From a virus (Duplodnaviria > Heunggongvirae > Uroviricota > Caudoviricetes), in IMG/VR virus record IMGVR_UViG_2778261352_000001, positions 1,199 through 65,198 of that record: DNA of 64,000 nucleotides; one strand, given 5' to 3'. Every line of letters begins with the position of its first letter. Position 1 is the first letter of the stretch. The position numbers were made by a program, and so were the translations under genes. A model generated the notes under the pieces. That model did not search any database. It had not been told where the DNA came from and saw nothing but the letters and a program-made list of their open reading frames with translations. Positions 31,078 to 42,376 of this stretch are shown piece after piece.

Positions 31078-32109
31078 CTAATCGCCATCTTCCAGCAGGC
31101 GCACCATTGCCCCCGTTTCACTATCCAGATTACGGATATAGTTCATGACAATATTTACGTTGGTCCAGCCACCAGCTTGCATGATCTCCGGTATTGAAAC
31201 TCCGGCGCGGGCCATATCTCGCGCGGCTCCGACACGGGCACTGTGTCCAGACCAAGCCAGGTACCTCTGGCCAGAGTCATCCTTAGCCCCGTAAATCAAT
31301 CGGTGAGTTGCTTCAAAAATCCCTTCCAGGGCGCGAGTTGATAGCTGGCTGGTGGATGATGGCGAGGCAACACCATTTTTTCTGACCCGGCAAAACAAGT
31401 AGTTATTCGGATCATCAGCCACACCAGAGACAGAAATCCATCGCTCGACCAGTTTAGTTACCCCCAGGCTAAGCGCCTTCTCTACACCTGCGGTGCTAAC
31501 CAGCGTTTTCGTTCTGCCAATATGGATTAACATTCTCCCACCGTCAGTACGTGAGATATCTTTAACCCTGATCCTGGCAATTTCGGCTATACGTAACAGG
31601 GTGTTATAAGCAATCCCCAGAAATGCCAGATTACGTATATCCTGGCAGCGATCGCTATTTTCCATGAGTGAACGAACCTGGTCGAAATCAGTGCGTTCGA
31701 ACGCTAGTGCCTGTTTTGCACGTTCACCGGCATCAACGTTTTCTTTTCGGATCCGCCGCATGACCAGTGAAACAGCATTGCTGTCACTTGGTCGTGGCAG
31801 CCCGGACCGACGATGAAGCATGTTTAGCTGGCCCAAATGTTGCTGGATAGTTTTTACTGCCAGACCGCGCGCCTGAAGATATAGAAGATAATCGCGAACA
31901 TCTTCAGGTTCTGCGGGAAACCATTTCCGGTTATTCAACTTGCACCATGCCGCCCATGACCGGCAAACGGACAGAAGCATTTTCCAGGTATGCTCAGAAA
32001 ACGCCTGGCGATCCCTGAACATGTCCATCAGGTTCTTGCGAACCTCATCACTCGTTGCATCGACCGGTAATGCAGGCAAATTTTGGTGTACGGTCAGTAA
32101 ATTGGACAT
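31078..32109 (-). CDS. cre: Cre tyrosine recombinase
   Basis: 343 aa, MSNLLTVHQNLPALPVDATSDEVRKNL.. near-identical to canonical Cre. Confidence 0.98.
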   Translation of the reverse strand: MSNLLTVHQNLPALPVDATSDEVRKNLMDMFRDRQAFSEHTWKMLLSVCRSWAAWCKLNNRKWFPAEPEDVRDYLLYLQARGLAVKTIQQHLGQLNMLHRRSGLPRPSDSNAVSLVMRRIRKENVDAGERAKQALAFERTDFDQVRSLMENSDRCQDIRNLAFLGIAYNTLLRIAEIARIRVKDISRTDGGRMLIHIGRTKTLVSTAGVEKALSLGVTKLVERWISVSGVADDPNNYLFCRVRKNGVASPSSTSQLSTRALEGIFEATHRLIYGAKDDSGQRYLAWSGHSARVGAARDMARAGVSIPEIMQAGGWTNVNIVMNYIRNLDSETGAMVRLLEDGD

Positions 32110-32527
32110 TTAACACTCAGATAATGGTTTTAAGTAAAGTGTACAGGATCGGCTCTGCCTTTACCTGTTTATGATTCTCGTCATAGAAACGCCAGCGACC
32201 GCGCGTGCGTTCTATTTTCTCTTCACCGCGCGATAATGACAGTTGACAACTATCACGATCAAACCCTTTTGCCCGCCAGTAACCACGGTTTTTCTCAAGC
32301 TCAAGATGAGTGGACACTTTAGCAGCTGAATATCCCATTTTTCACCTCTGATTGATTGGTGGTGCTAAGTGCGCTACGCGAAATCTGGAGCACTAACACT
32401 GCCAACATTTCGCAGATTTTACGTAGCGCAACCTTGATCAAATGATCAAGTGATCACTATTTGACCTGATAAGGTATTGAACTGTATGGATTTACAGGTA
32501 AATTGATCATGTTCAATAACCCTTAAG

Positions 32528-32561
32528 ATAACTTCGTATAATGTATGCTATACGAAGTTAT
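32528..32561. other. loxP site
   Basis: Exact ATAACTTCGTATA-ATGTATGC-TATACGAAGTTAT. Confidence 0.98.
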
Positions 32562-32604
32562 TAGGTCCGAAGAGGAGTTTACGTCCAGCTGCGCATAAAA
32601 ATCA

Positions 32605-32621
32605 AGAATTATTAGAGCAAT
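32605..32621. promoter_or_regulatory. C1 operator (15/17, reverse orientation)
   Basis: AGAATTATTAGAGCAAT. Confidence 0.6.
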
Positions 32622-32687
32622 AAATTTTGAGAGAAAAATCCCACTCCACCAGCCAAAAACTGGATTGTTTTTCATAGTTGTTTGACA

Positions 32688-32704
32688 ATTGCTCTAATAA
32701 ATTA
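32688..32704. promoter_or_regulatory. C1 operator (16/17)
   Basis: ATTGCTCTAATAAATTA upstream of coi/c1. Confidence 0.7.
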
Positions 32705-32942
32705 TAGTTTTGCCGCCGTTTCGTAATACGACTTTGGATTCACTATTTAATGTGTCTTCAGCGTTGTAGAGCGGCTCAGAAGGAAATGAGCAAACAGGGA
32801 AACCTTATACAACGGCATTACAGCTATGCATTGCTCATCTTACACACAGCGCAATGTTGTTAGATTACCCCAGCATGGATCATGGGTGAAACAGTAGGTC
32901 AGAGCTTCAGGCTCTGTGTTGTCAATACAGTGAGGCATAATT

Positions 32943-33152
32943 ATGGCTTTCATTCCACCAACCATCGACGACGTTAGACATTGCTCTAACGCTTTATCTG
33001 TAGACCCCGCCGAAACCGACGCTGCCCGCGCCATTGCTGAACACTACTCAAAGATATCCAATCAGGAGTACCGCATCACCCAAGACGACCTGGATGATCT
33101 CACTGACACAATCGAATATCTCATGGCCACTAACCAGCCAGACTCACAATAA
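32943..33152 (+). CDS. coi: Coi, C1 inactivator
   Basis: 69 aa, immediately upstream of c1. Confidence 0.75.
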   Translation: MAFIPPTIDDVRHCSNALSVDPAETDAARAIAEHYSKISNQEYRITQDDLDDLTDTIEYLMATNQPDSQ

Positions 33153-33262
33153 ATGCACTAATAAATCTATTATTTTCGTTGGATCCTTCTATAATGGTGG
33201 CCAACAACTCCCAGTGTAATCCGCTGTGAGTTGTTGGCCATGTCAATTCTGGAGGAGGATCA

Positions 33263-34114
33263 ATGATAAATTATGTCTACGGCGAACAACTGTACCAGGA
33301 GTTCGTCAGCTTCAGGGATCTCTTTCTAAAAAAAGCTGTTGCACGCGCCCAACACGTTGATGCCGCCAGCGACGGTCGTCCTGTACGCCCGGTTGTCGTT
33401 CTGCCGTTTAAAGAAACGGACAGCATTCAGGCTGAAATTGATAAATGGACTTTAATGGCGCGGGAACTGGAACAGTACCCAGACCTCAATATCCCAAAGA
33501 CTATTTTATATCCAGTGCCTAACATCCTTCGCGGTGTGCGTAAGGTTACGACTTATCAGACAGAAGCTGTGAACAGCGTCAACATGACCGCTGGCCGCAT
33601 TATTCATCTGATTGATAAGGACATTCGCATCCAAAAAAGCGCGGGGATCAATGAGCACAGTGCGAAATACATAGAGAACCTGGAAGCAACAAAAGAGCTA
33701 ATGAAGCAGTACCCGGAGGATGAAAAATTCCGTATGCGCGTACACGGCTTTAGCGAAACAATGCTGCGCGTCCATTACATTTCCAGTAGCCCTAACTACA
33801 ATGATGGTAAATCAGTTAGTTACCATGTGCCGCTATGTGGTGTGTTTATCTGCGATGAAACTCTCCGTGATGGAATCATCATCAACGGTGAATTCGAGAA
33901 AGCAAAATTTAGCCTTTATGACTCTATAGAACCGATCATCTGCGACCGCTGGCCGCAGGCAAAAATATATCGCCTGGCAGATATTGAAAATGTAAAAAAA
34001 CAAATTGCCATCACTCGCGAAGAGAAAAAGGTCAAATCAGCCGCATCAGTTACGCGCAGCCGTAAAACTAAGAAGGGGCAGCCAGTAAACGACAACCCCG
34101 AAAGCGCGCAATAG
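33263..34114 (+). CDS. c1: C1 repressor of lysogeny
   Basis: 283 aa, P1 C1 size and context; cognate operators throughout window. Confidence 0.85.
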   Translation: MINYVYGEQLYQEFVSFRDLFLKKAVARAQHVDAASDGRPVRPVVVLPFKETDSIQAEIDKWTLMARELEQYPDLNIPKTILYPVPNILRGVRKVTTYQTEAVNSVNMTAGRIIHLIDKDIRIQKSAGINEHSAKYIENLEATKELMKQYPEDEKFRMRVHGFSETMLRVHYISSSPNYNDGKSVSYHVPLCGVFICDETLRDGIIINGEFEKAKFSLYDSIEPIICDRWPQAKIYRLADIENVKKQIAITREEKKVKSAASVTRSRKTKKGQPVNDNPESAQ

Positions 34115-34138
34115 TTTCTATCCGGCATGGTCAATGAG

Positions 34139-35623
34139 TTATTCATTAAGCCATGCCAGAGCTTCATCAACCTGCGCTTCGTCTTCGACGCTAAGCACTT
34201 CATCCTGGGGAACATAATCCGCCAGCATAGCGAAACAATATGTATCCCAATGGTCTGGTGAGTGCAGGTTGAGTTTTTTCTTCATATCCTCCTTACTCAT
34301 CACCTTCCATTGACCTGCGGAGTTAATCCCTACAGGGATTTTCGACGCTTCCTCAATAGTTTCATTACCCTTATCCAGTCTCATACGACCAGATTTTACG
34401 GCCTCTGCGGCTTGAACGTTGGCATAAGCACGTTTATCAAAGTACAGGCTCTTATCTTCACGGCTATGCATCTTTTTACCCCAGCGTATACGCTGTACGG
34501 TAATACCATAATACTCGTACATCAGATCCGCCGTTGCTTTACCCAGGCCATCGCCGTCTATCGCTATGGTGATATTTGGGAATCGCTCAGGATTACATTC
34601 TGCGAAAATTTTGGCGGCAAGCTGCGTTTCTGTAACGTCTGTGTATTTCAGCATTCGATAGTTGATTACACGGCGTTTATTTCGCTGGCCGGACACCATC
34701 ATGATATTGATAACGGACTTATCCCGTCCCGTACCACCAGCAACGTCCACACATGCAAGCCAGCCCCATCCTTTGGCAATCTTGACTTTCCGCCGCGTTG
34801 CACGTTCAACCTCATCACGTCCAAGAAGGAAGCCATCCTGTGATTTAGGAAATAGGCCGCGTACCTTAATCATGTACATAGGGTTATCACGCCCGCCGTA
34901 CTCCGCCAGCTTCATTTTGATAAATGCTGGCGTTACCAGCGGTGATTCCTCACTGTTAAGCGTGATCGCCGTATAAACGCCATCAGGGTTACCAGGACGC
35001 TTGGCCAGTTTATGGTGAGTATCGTAGAAATACCCGCTTGGGCGTGTAGGCTGTGACAGCAATAAGATGCGGTTATCCAGTCCGGTAAGAGCACCGGTGA
35101 TGATACCGAAAGCTCTATCACTGACACCGGAGGCTTCATCGATAATATACAGAAGATGATCTGCGTGTTCACCTGCGAGAGCTTCTTCACTTCCCAGACG
35201 AAAGCCCTTCGGTACTACAGTCCATACACCTTTACCAGTAACTTCATAAAAAGCGGTTTCTGTCAGAACAAAATAATCAGCAAGCCATGGAAAACGGCTG
35301 GTGGCCGTAGCCCAGTTTATCTTGATGTACTTGAATATACCGGTCATTACCTGCTGAATTTTGTTCGCAACGATAATGGCACGGGCACCGGGATACATGA
35401 TTATGAACAACATGATCATGATAGAAGTCATGTCTGATTTCCCGGTACCGTGACCAGACGAAACAGATGTCTTGCTACCCTGTTCCTGCACAGACTCAAT
35501 AATCAGATCCTGCTGCCAGGTAGGTGTTTTGCCGAACAAAACATCAGCGGCAGCAATCCAGTCATAACGATATAGCGCCACCAGCTCGCGCCAACGTGGA
35601 TCCGTTACGCAACTTCTGGCCAT
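34139..35623 (-). CDS. pacB: terminase large subunit PacB
   Basis: 494 aa, Walker A SGHGTGKS, Walker [11 protein letters not shown]. Confidence 0.85.
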   Translation of the reverse strand: MARSCVTDPRWRELVALYRYDWIAAADVLFGKTPTWQQDLIIESVQEQGSKTSVSSGHGTGKSDMTSIMIMLFIIMYPGARAIIVANKIQQVMTGIFKYIKINWATATSRFPWLADYFVLTETAFYEVTGKGVWTVVPKGFRLGSEEALAGEHADHLLYIIDEASGVSDRAFGIITGALTGLDNRILLLSQPTRPSGYFYDTHHKLAKRPGNPDGVYTAITLNSEESPLVTPAFIKMKLAEYGGRDNPMYMIKVRGLFPKSQDGFLLGRDEVERATRRKVKIAKGWGWLACVDVAGGTGRDKSVINIMMVSGQRNKRRVINYRMLKYTDVTETQLAAKIFAECNPERFPNITIAIDGDGLGKATADLMYEYYGITVQRIRWGKKMHSREDKSLYFDKRAYANVQAAEAVKSGRMRLDKGNETIEEASKIPVGINSAGQWKVMSKEDMKKKLNLHSPDHWDTYCFAMLADYVPQDEVLSVEDEAQVDEALAWLNE

Positions 35624-36816
35624 TAATCATCATCCCCGTATAGCTTGCGGGTAACTTCTTCGTCTTCCTCCTCGTCTTCGTCCAGGTCTTGTTCCAGCCA
35701 TGGGTCGTTTGATACACCTTCAGTATCAACATCTCCATAACCGCCTGTATCAACGATATCGGCGATTTCTTCCCTACGTTGCTCAATCCACAATGCAGCA
35801 TCGGCGCGGCGGTTGGCGGCCCGTTCTCGCGCAACTTTGTCCAGATCTTCAAGAGAAGGGCCACCGACGGCAGTTTGCCTTTCCTCATCATCGGCATTTG
35901 TCTTAGGAGCACGCAGATCGGCTTTGATTTGCTCCAGCATCAGGGGCGGCACTTTCCCTCCATGCGCCTCGATGAATTCAGCCGCTTCCAGCACTGACCA
36001 GTTATTTTCACGCTTTCGTTCGTATGCCAGCTTAACAATGCCAGCTTGCCCCATAGATAAAGCGTGCTTTTCCGCCTCCCGGCTTTCTTTTCGATAGTTA
36101 TTGCGGATGCTGTAAATGGTGTTGATCAGGCTGCTTATCTGCGCGGAACAGCTGTTTAGCATGCTCGCGATACGGTATTCAGGCGGAGTACCTTCATCAT
36201 CGTCTTTTTGCTGATCGCGCATTTCCTGCACCAAGCGAATACACGTATCCCGGGCGTTCTCCAGCATAAGGAGATGAGAAAGAGACTTTTCCAGAAGAGT
36301 GGTTTCCAGAACATCAGCTCCGGAACGACGCAACATAGCGCGCGCGGCCTTCCGCGCTTCAACGTTATCTATCAGGTAATCGCCCGCTTCGAATTCAAAG
36401 CGTTCACCATCATCATCCAGGGTGTCGCGTTCCAGGCGATCACGTAAGGTCCGGTGGGCGCGGGTGATCACGTCATGATCATCTGAACGATCATTTATGC
36501 GCTTATTTTGGCGCTTCGCATTCCCGACTGCGGCACTGACAACGGCATTAACCCTTTGTTTTTCCGCTATTTCAGCCGCAATGTGATCACATGTATGTTG
36601 ATCATTAGAGTGATCAATGATCATGCTTTTTAGTGGCTTCCTGACTGGCTTATTTGGCTTGCGGCTGTCCGCTGTCCTGGTGTCTTCTTTGAAGGCACGG
36701 AGATAACGACGTGCAGTATTAGGGTTAAGATTAAACTCGGCGGCATACTGTGCGATGGTGTAACCACCATCTCGCGCCAGGCGAGCAAAATTCTTCTTGT
36801 GATCGTCCCAGGTCAC
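35623..36816 (-). CDS. pacA: terminase small subunit PacA
   Basis: 397 aa, contains pac hexamer clusters within coding sequence. Confidence 0.85.
   Translation of the reverse strand: MTWDDHKKNFARLARDGGYTIAQYAAEFNLNPNTARRYLRAFKEDTRTADSRKPNKPVRKPLKSMIIDHSNDQHTCDHIAAEIAEKQRVNAVVSAAVGNAKRQNKRINDRSDDHDVITRAHRTLRDRLERDTLDDDGERFEFEAGDYLIDNVEARKAARAMLRRSGADVLETTLLEKSLSHLLMLENARDTCIRLVQEMRDQQKDDDEGTPPEYRIASMLNSCSAQISSLINTIYSIRNNYRKESREAEKHALSMGQAGIVKLAYERKRENNWSVLEAAEFIEAHGGKVPPLMLEQIKADLRAPKTNADDEERQTAVGGPSLEDLDKVARERAANRRADAALWIEQRREEIADIVDTGGYGDVDTEGVSNDPWLEQDLDEDEEEDEEVTRKLYGDDD
36438..36623. other. pac packaging site (TGATCA/G hexamer clusters, 3 + 4, with GATC Dam sites)
   Basis: TGATCA at 36465, 36476, CGATCA 36489; TGATCA at 36584, 36599, 36611, 36618. 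Confidence 0.7.
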
Positions 36817-36901
36817 TTATGCTTCCTTTCGTAAAAACTCTTTTTGACGCGAGGGTAACGAAAGTCACATGTCAAAAGGCCCGGAACGGGCAAGCAATCA
36901 A

Positions 36902-37354
36902 TCAGATACGTGCGGATGTGGCATTACCGTAATGACGGTGCTGACGGGCCACCTTATTGAAAAGTTGACGCGCCATTACCCAAGGCTGGTGCTCCCGGCG
37001 TTCCTTTTCGTCCTGCGTCATATAGAGTTCGTTCTGGAGTTTTTCATCAAACCGGCGCGGTGCGCGGCTGCGGCGAAAGAATTCAGGGTTCAGAGAGTGG
37101 ATCTGAAATCTACGTGGGCGTGTACTATCGTCAATCAAAACAGACGAATACTTAGACACAGCGATAGCCTTTAAGCGCAGATAAACGTCGCGCTTATCGA
37201 CATCCAGATGCGGGTATTCCTTTTCAAGGATTGCTGCGAGTTCTTTCGCTGATAGAAGAGATTTAGTGCGGATCATGTAATCCGCAATCTCATACGATGT
37301 TATTCGTGAGTGATTTATTTCCATGAAGTGGCGTCCCTGCCAGTTAAGTAACAT
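36902..37354 (-). CDS. late promoter activator (Lpa-like, by position and size)
   Basis: 150 aa, immediately upstream of pacA. Confidence 0.5.
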   Translation of the reverse strand: MLLNWQGRHFMEINHSRITSYEIADYMIRTKSLLSAKELAAILEKEYPHLDVDKRDVYLRLKAIAVSKYSSVLIDDSTRPRRFQIHSLNPEFFRRSRAPRRFDEKLQNELYMTQDEKERREHQPWVMARQLFNKVARQHRHYGNATSARI

Positions 37355-37424
37355 CCTGTCACCTACTGATTAGCCCATGTCAACTAATCAACGTGGAATA
37401 TAATACCCTCGATTAAAGAAATAG

Positions 37425-37441
37425 CAACACATTAGAGCAAT
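37425..37441. promoter_or_regulatory. weak C1 operator-like site (13/17)
   Basis: CAACACATTAGAGCAAT upstream of lpa-like gene. Confidence 0.3.
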
Positions 37442-37442
37442 T

Positions 37443-38486
37443 TTATCTAACGCTCGACGAATGACTTGTGATAGCGCCGACTCCAAGCGCGTAATCAAAG
37501 AACAATCGTTGATGCATCGCCAGCCTGCCGTGCGTTTTCTCCCAATTATCGCGGTCACGCTCAATATCACGCTGGCATGACTGGCACAGAGGAATTGCGT
37601 AAATGTCATGCGCGCATAATCGACTATGACGAACGATATAAGGCGTAATGTGAGCGCCAGCTCCCGCAGCTCCACACCCACAGCATGGACGGGAAGCAAC
37701 AAAGTCCATGTACTCAGGTAATTTTAGCGATTGCAGTTTTGGTATTTTGAAATGCGCCATGCCAGGGTCGGAGTCAACATCCACAGGGCATACTTTTGCT
37801 CGCATCGGCGCGGCGCGTTCTTCCATCATCTGAACATATGCTGTAGCGCGATCGTCATACGGGCGAATATCCGCCTCTTTCAGAGGCCCGCTATCCTGCG
37901 TTGCAGTCTTAATCTTATTTATTGATATACGGCAGACTTCTTCCGGCATCAGGTGCATCATGTCGCGCATGAAAGCCCACCAGCACAGTTCCTGAATACT
38001 TAAATCATGGCCATCTGAAAGCCCCATTTCCTGACGGGCGACATCCAGTATCCAGTTAACGCGATTATTATGCAGCGTTTCTTTCAGCTCATTAAAACCA
38101 CGCATCCGGTAATGGTTATCGTGATGCCAGCACAACAACACCGCGCTATTGTCTCGTTCTGCGTGGACAATATGGTTGTCACACCAGCTACGATCTGCGG
38201 CCTGGCATTGTCCCTCTTTCCTGCGCAACCACGCCACCAGCGCGTCAATTCCACCAATACGGCGAAACAGTTCATCGCTGTTAAAAAACGGCTGCAACGC
38301 CTCATTTGTTGCCATGGTTTGCTCGGTAACAACGAGGCCGTCTTCCATGTGCTCGATTAACTCACGCGGCACCGGCTCCATAATAAATTTACGGCCAGCC
38401 TCCACCAGCTTTCTGACCTCCTGATCCACTTTGAACGTGGCGAGGCCAAGCTCTTTCTGTACAAAGGGAGTAATTACGGCTTTCAC
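37443..38486 (-). CDS. hypothetical protein (PdcB position)
   Basis: 347 aa Cys-rich ORF downstream of doc. Confidence 0.45.
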   Translation of the reverse strand: MKAVITPFVQKELGLATFKVDQEVRKLVEAGRKFIMEPVPRELIEHMEDGLVVTEQTMATNEALQPFFNSDELFRRIGGIDALVAWLRRKEGQCQAADRSWCDNHIVHAERDNSAVLLCWHHDNHYRMRGFNELKETLHNNRVNWILDVARQEMGLSDGHDLSIQELCWWAFMRDMMHLMPEEVCRISINKIKTATQDSGPLKEADIRPYDDRATAYVQMMEERAAPMRAKVCPVDVDSDPGMAHFKIPKLQSLKLPEYMDFVASRPCCGCGAAGAGAHITPYIVRHSRLCAHDIYAIPLCQSCQRDIERDRDNWEKTHGRLAMHQRLFFDYALGVGAITSHSSSVR

Positions 38487-38513
38487 ATCACACCTTTCAT
38501 CACTGATTGGGCT

Positions 38514-38714
38514 TTATCTGCTGCCCGGCATTCTCTGTTTAAGCACAACCATTTCCTGACGGCATAACACAGCAATAGCGGTCCTGGCACCAATTTGCTT
38601 ACCAACCAGGTATTGCTTTACCTTGCGGCGACTCACGCCATCAAGAAGCATCTTTAACGCTTCACGGGACAATTTGTTGTATTTACGTGCCATTAATCTA
38701 CTCCGCGGAACCAT
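38514..38714 (-). CDS. small basic protein (PdcA position)
   Basis: 66 aa. Confidence 0.3.
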   Translation of the reverse strand: MVPRSRLMARKYNKLSREALKMLLDGVSRRKVKQYLVGKQIGARTAIAVLCRQEMVVLKQRMPGSR

Positions 38715-39078
38715 ACAATCTACGTAACGTGTCGGCGACAGAAGATACAGATATCTCTCCGGTCGCAGCCCCTACGGTAAGGTCTGCCAGTTCAGGTGAA
38801 TCAAATACCTGCACCCCGTTACGGCGTAGAAATAACAGCGCACTGTTTAGCGCGGTACGCTTATTGGCATCATTGAATATATGCCCTCTCGCTGTAGCCA
38901 CCAGGTAGGTGGCGGAGACTTCGAAAAGGTCGGTGATCTCTTCGTAGGCAACTCTGGCCTGAACTCTCCCGATAATGGCCTCTGCCCTACCCGGATCTGA
39001 CATTCCCGGCAGGCCGCCGTAGCGGTTTATATTCGCATCATGAAGCGCAATAAGTTCTTCCGGTGATATATGCCTCAT
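38698..39078 (-). CDS. doc: Doc toxin (Fic-fold kinase)
   Basis: 126 aa [17 protein letters not shown]..; overlaps phd stop. Confidence 0.95.
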   Translation of the reverse strand: MRHISPEELIALHDANINRYGGLPGMSDPGRAEAIIGRVQARVAYEEITDLFEVSATYLVATARGHIFNDANKRTALNSALLFLRRNGVQVFDSPELADLTVGAATGEISVSSVADTLRRLYGSAE

Positions 39079-39299
39079 TATCGGTTAACCAGTTCCTTGT
39101 TGGTGGAGTCCAGGGTGTCAAACAGGGATGCAAATTCAGCATCCAGCGCCGCTTTTTTGTAGGCTTCGAAAGTAGCCTTGCTGACAATTACTGCTGGCTC
39201 ACGGCCTCTGCGGGTGATTTCAACCTCTTCCCCGGCTTCAACATTGTTGAGCACTTCAGAAAGGTTGCCGCGCGCGGTACGGAAGTTAATGGATTGCAT
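39078..39299 (-). CDS. phd: Phd antitoxin
   Basis: 73 aa [40 protein letters not shown].. Confidence 0.9.
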   Translation of the reverse strand: MQSINFRTARGNLSEVLNNVEAGEEVEITRRGREPAVIVSKATFEAYKKAALDAEFASLFDTLDSTNKELVNR

Positions 39300-39371
39300 A
39301 AACACCTCGTGTACTCGTTATGTGTACACAATTATAAACCTCACAGGCATAAAGCACCAGCTCTTTGCAGC

Positions 39372-39761
39372 TTAAATAACCGGACAATCATCAAACTCCC
39401 CACTTCGGGCATCATTGATGACATGAGTGATCACACCAAAAACAGCATTACTGCCCGTGCATCCATCGTCATCTACTGGTAATGCCTCTTTCTTCCCGGT
39501 GCTTAAATCCTCCAGGTGCTGGCGCGGATACTTTCGGTATCTCTTTATGCGATATTCACCCTCCATAGCGCACACAAGCAGAGAACCATCAACCGGAGTA
39601 AGCGAGGAATCAACCACCAGCAAAGCACCCTGCAATATTCCCTCACGGTGATGGCTATCAGCTGCCCGCATGAAGTAGGTTGCTGATGGATGCCTGATTA
39701 GTTGCTGATCAAGAGAAATTCGGCTTTCAACATAATCCGCCGCAGGAGAAGGGAAGCCCAT
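39372..39761 (-). CDS. humD: HumD (UmuD'-like)
   Basis: 129 aa, LexA/UmuD C-terminal peptidase-fold similarity; LexA box upstream. Confidence 0.75.
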   Translation of the reverse strand: MGFPSPAADYVESRISLDQQLIRHPSATYFMRAADSHHREGILQGALLVVDSSLTPVDGSLLVCAMEGEYRIKRYRKYPRQHLEDLSTGKKEALPVDDDGCTGSNAVFGVITHVINDARSGEFDDCPVI

Positions 39762-39782
39762 AGCGTTTTCACCTCAACAATA

Positions 39783-39798
39783 CTGTTCATTTATACAG
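39783..39798. promoter_or_regulatory. LexA (SOS) box CTGT-N8-ACAG
   Basis: CTGTTCATTTATACAG between humD and divergent gene. Confidence 0.7.
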
Positions 39799-39935
39799 TA
39801 TACATTAAAGAGACACCTTTGGTGCAAACGCGTTACGTACATCAACCACCGCTGATGATTTTGTGCTCTTTGCTACTATTCATCACCAACGGATCAGCGT
39901 AACCTCGTTGCCAATCAGTTAATAAGGAATTAGCT

Positions 39936-40520
39936 ATGCCTAATCGCATTCCTCTCGATCCTGTATTGCCCAAAAATTTTGACTGCACTCCTAACGAGAA
40001 ACGCTCTAAAACTCAGCTGGACGCCTGGTGGGACCATCCCTATGGGGTTACAGAACATGACGGGAAAATTGTTGTTTATTGTCTGAATGGTGGCGCGTGG
40101 GACCGTCCATCCGTGCTTGGTTTGGCAAATAACTATGATGAAGCCTGTGAACTTGCCGAAAGACAGCAGGCTAGATGGGTGAAAACACGTTCTGAACCGA
40201 CATTCATGTTTTCAAAAGAACCGCCATTTATACTGGCGAGGATGCCGCAGCGACCGGATCATCAACAAGAAATTGTTGCTGAATTTTCCTCAAGGGATGA
40301 GATGAATCTCTTCTCATTAAAGCAGGAAGAAAGGGATCGCGTCGAAGTGTCTCCAACTCTCGACCACAACCAGATGAACCTGGCCCAACTCGCCTGGTAC
40401 AGCAAAGAATTAGAGATGTCTATTGCCCGGCTTGAAAACGAAAAAGCCGCTATCCAAGCCCAGCACGAAGTAGTTCTGAACCGGATTAGAGAAATGCAAA
40501 ACGATAACAGGGGATTTTGA
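39936..40520 (+). CDS. hypothetical protein (SOS-box-proximal)
   Basis: 194 aa, C-terminal coiled coil. Confidence 0.45.
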   Translation: MPNRIPLDPVLPKNFDCTPNEKRSKTQLDAWWDHPYGVTEHDGKIVVYCLNGGAWDRPSVLGLANNYDEACELAERQQARWVKTRSEPTFMFSKEPPFILARMPQRPDHQQEIVAEFSSRDEMNLFSLKQEERDRVEVSPTLDHNQMNLAQLAWYSKELEMSIARLENEKAAIQAQHEVVLNRIREMQNDNRGF

Positions 40521-40883
40521 ATGGCTAAAATCGAGTACCATCGCGATCGCGGTAATTACCTGGAAATATACGATCATGAATCTCTTAACGATATCAACGA
40601 TGCGTTATATGAATACTGTGAAAAAATGAGCATCACAGATACACCTGATGCATTTGTCGAGCTACCGGTATATCTCCGCGACATCTATGCAATACGGACG
40701 CCGCCCGTATCGGTAATTCACATTGGCTATGTCCGCCTGTCCATCGAAGAAGATGAAGATCGTTATATCGTGCGCCACTATACATTGGACAGAAAAGAGC
40801 TTCCCAATGAATGGAACATGAGTAATTTCTACAACGGTGAATATGGCTTAAAACCCGCTAAGAATGGCGCGGGCATTGCGTAA
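40521..40883 (+). CDS. hypothetical protein
   Basis: 120 aa, abuts upstream gene. Confidence 0.45.
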   Translation: MAKIEYHRDRGNYLEIYDHESLNDINDALYEYCEKMSITDTPDAFVELPVYLRDIYAIRTPPVSVIHIGYVRLSIEEDEDRYIVRHYTLDRKELPNEWNMSNFYNGEYGLKPAKNGAGIA

Positions 40884-40894
40884 TAGCCTAACAA

Positions 40895-41134
40895 CTATTC
40901 TGTTTTCTGATATGCCGGATCGCTCCCTTTTGGCAACTGGAGGCTTAACTGCCTGTAGTGCCGTAGCCGTTCCATGAAATAGGCGCGCAGGTTTTCCGGT
41001 TGCTCACGGGCCACCTGCTCTGCAATCACCGGTATATTCAGTCGTTCTTTGTAAGCAACGCCGCTGGCGGCAAGGTCTACGTTCACCTTGTCTCGCTCTT
41101 CCTGGCTTTTAGCTGCAATATTGCAGTTGCTCAT
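40895..41134 (-). CDS. hypothetical protein
   Basis: 79 aa. Confidence 0.35.
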   Translation of the reverse strand: MSNCNIAAKSQEERDKVNVDLAASGVAYKERLNIPVIAEQVAREQPENLRAYFMERLRHYRQLSLQLPKGSDPAYQKTE

Positions 41135-41136
41135 GT

Positions 41137-41409
41137 TTAAAGCTCACATTTCCAGATGGTATTCTGAACACCCGAACCGGGAGCGAGATGGGGATTAGCG
41201 TTCGCGCTATGCTGATATACGGCTTTAGACTTCCCATATTGCTGACAGGCTTTATCTGCGGTTTTTTGCAAGCTATCAAGGCCATACCAACCATCTGACT
41301 GTATGCTTACCTTTTCACCGTCGTTGTATTGCACCATTGCACACCCAGATATAGCCAGTATCGCGCCGACAATAACGCTTTTCCATAAAACTCTATACAA
41401 CATAGACAA
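41137..41409 (-). CDS. small lipoprotein
   Basis: Signal peptide with lipobox LAISGC. Confidence 0.5.
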   Translation of the reverse strand: MSMLYRVLWKSVIVGAILAISGCAMVQYNDGEKVSIQSDGWYGLDSLQKTADKACQQYGKSKAVYQHSANANPHLAPGSGVQNTIWKCEL

Positions 41410-41448
41410 AAATCCCCTCTGTGAATTGAGGGGATTTTAGCATGGTGA

Positions 41449-41736
41449 TCAGAGATCAGCTTTATGCAGAATTTTATCCACCAGCGATGTGATTTTTTCT
41501 GCCAGGTCATCATTACTTACCCAATCCTGGCGGGCAGCCAGAACGGGCGACAAAGTTAATATTAACTCTCGCCGTAATGATGCGTTCCGTGGTGCTAGTG
41601 GTGGTTTAAGCCCCTCGCTCCCTTGTATTTCTGGGGTATGCGGCTGATAGCCATTAATCATCCTTTTTTTCTCCATTTTCGGTGGGCGCGGACGCGGGAG
41701 AATCATGATTCCTTTCTCTTCCTGCATACTGGGCAT
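41449..41736 (-). CDS. hypothetical protein
   Basis: 95 aa. Confidence 0.35.
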   Translation of the reverse strand: MPSMQEEKGIMILPRPRPPKMEKKRMINGYQPHTPEIQGSEGLKPPLAPRNASLRRELILTLSPVLAARQDWVSNDDLAEKITSLVDKILHKADL

Positions 41737-42011
41737 GTGTTCTCTGTGAAATATGGGAAACTATTATCCAGCTCATCTACCCACTGTTTATGGTCGAAGC
41801 AGAAAAATATCTCCCACGGCATTCCATATTCTTCCATCCATAGGCGGATCTGCATTTCTATTGGAATCGGCGGTATTGCAGACACCATATCAACAGGATA
41901 ACAGTTCAGACGACGTTCCAGTTCTTCTACTCTCTTCTGGAGATGAAATATCCGATCCAGATGCACACGCCGCTCCCGTGCCATTTTAAAATAAAGCTCG
42001 CCGGTCATCAT
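41703..42011 (-). CDS. hypothetical Cys-motif protein (paralog A)
   Basis: C-terminal ..PWEIFFCFDHKQWVDELDNSFPYF..CPVC. Confidence 0.4.
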   Translation of the reverse strand: MMTGELYFKMARERRVHLDRIFHLQKRVEELERRLNCYPVDMVSAIPPIPIEMQIRLWMEEYGMPWEIFFCFDHKQWVDELDNSFPYFTENTCPVCRKRKES

Positions 42012-42376
42012 TAACTCCTACATTCAGGGCAAGAGTTCCCTTCCGCAAAATAGGGGAAACTGCTATCAAGCTCATCACACCATCTGCGATGGTCGTAGCA
42101 CCAAAACGCCTCCCACGGTGCACGGAAATACTTCATCCACCAGGACACTCGATCAGGTATATCTGCTGGTGGCAGCTCTTCTGGCAATAATTTGCCTGAT
42201 AATTCCCTTTCCGCCCGCGCCAGCATTCCTTTTAGACTCGCATTCTCTTTTTCAAGAATCTCTATGCGCGCCTGTAACTCAGCTTTCGTTGGCATGGTCC
42301 GCCTCATGCTTTTCAGCCACCAGCGGCAATAAAGCCCTGGCCATCTTATGAACCAATAGTGCATCAATAATGCCAA
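42011..42376 (-). CDS. hypothetical Cys-motif protein (paralog B)
   Basis: C-terminal ..PWEAFWCYDHRRWCDELDSSFPYF..CPEC. Confidence 0.4.
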   Translation of the reverse strand: MALLMHYWFIRWPGLYCRWWLKSMRRTMPTKAELQARIEILEKENASLKGMLARAERELSGKLLPEELPPADIPDRVSWWMKYFRAPWEAFWCYDHRRWCDELDSSFPYFAEGNSCPECRS

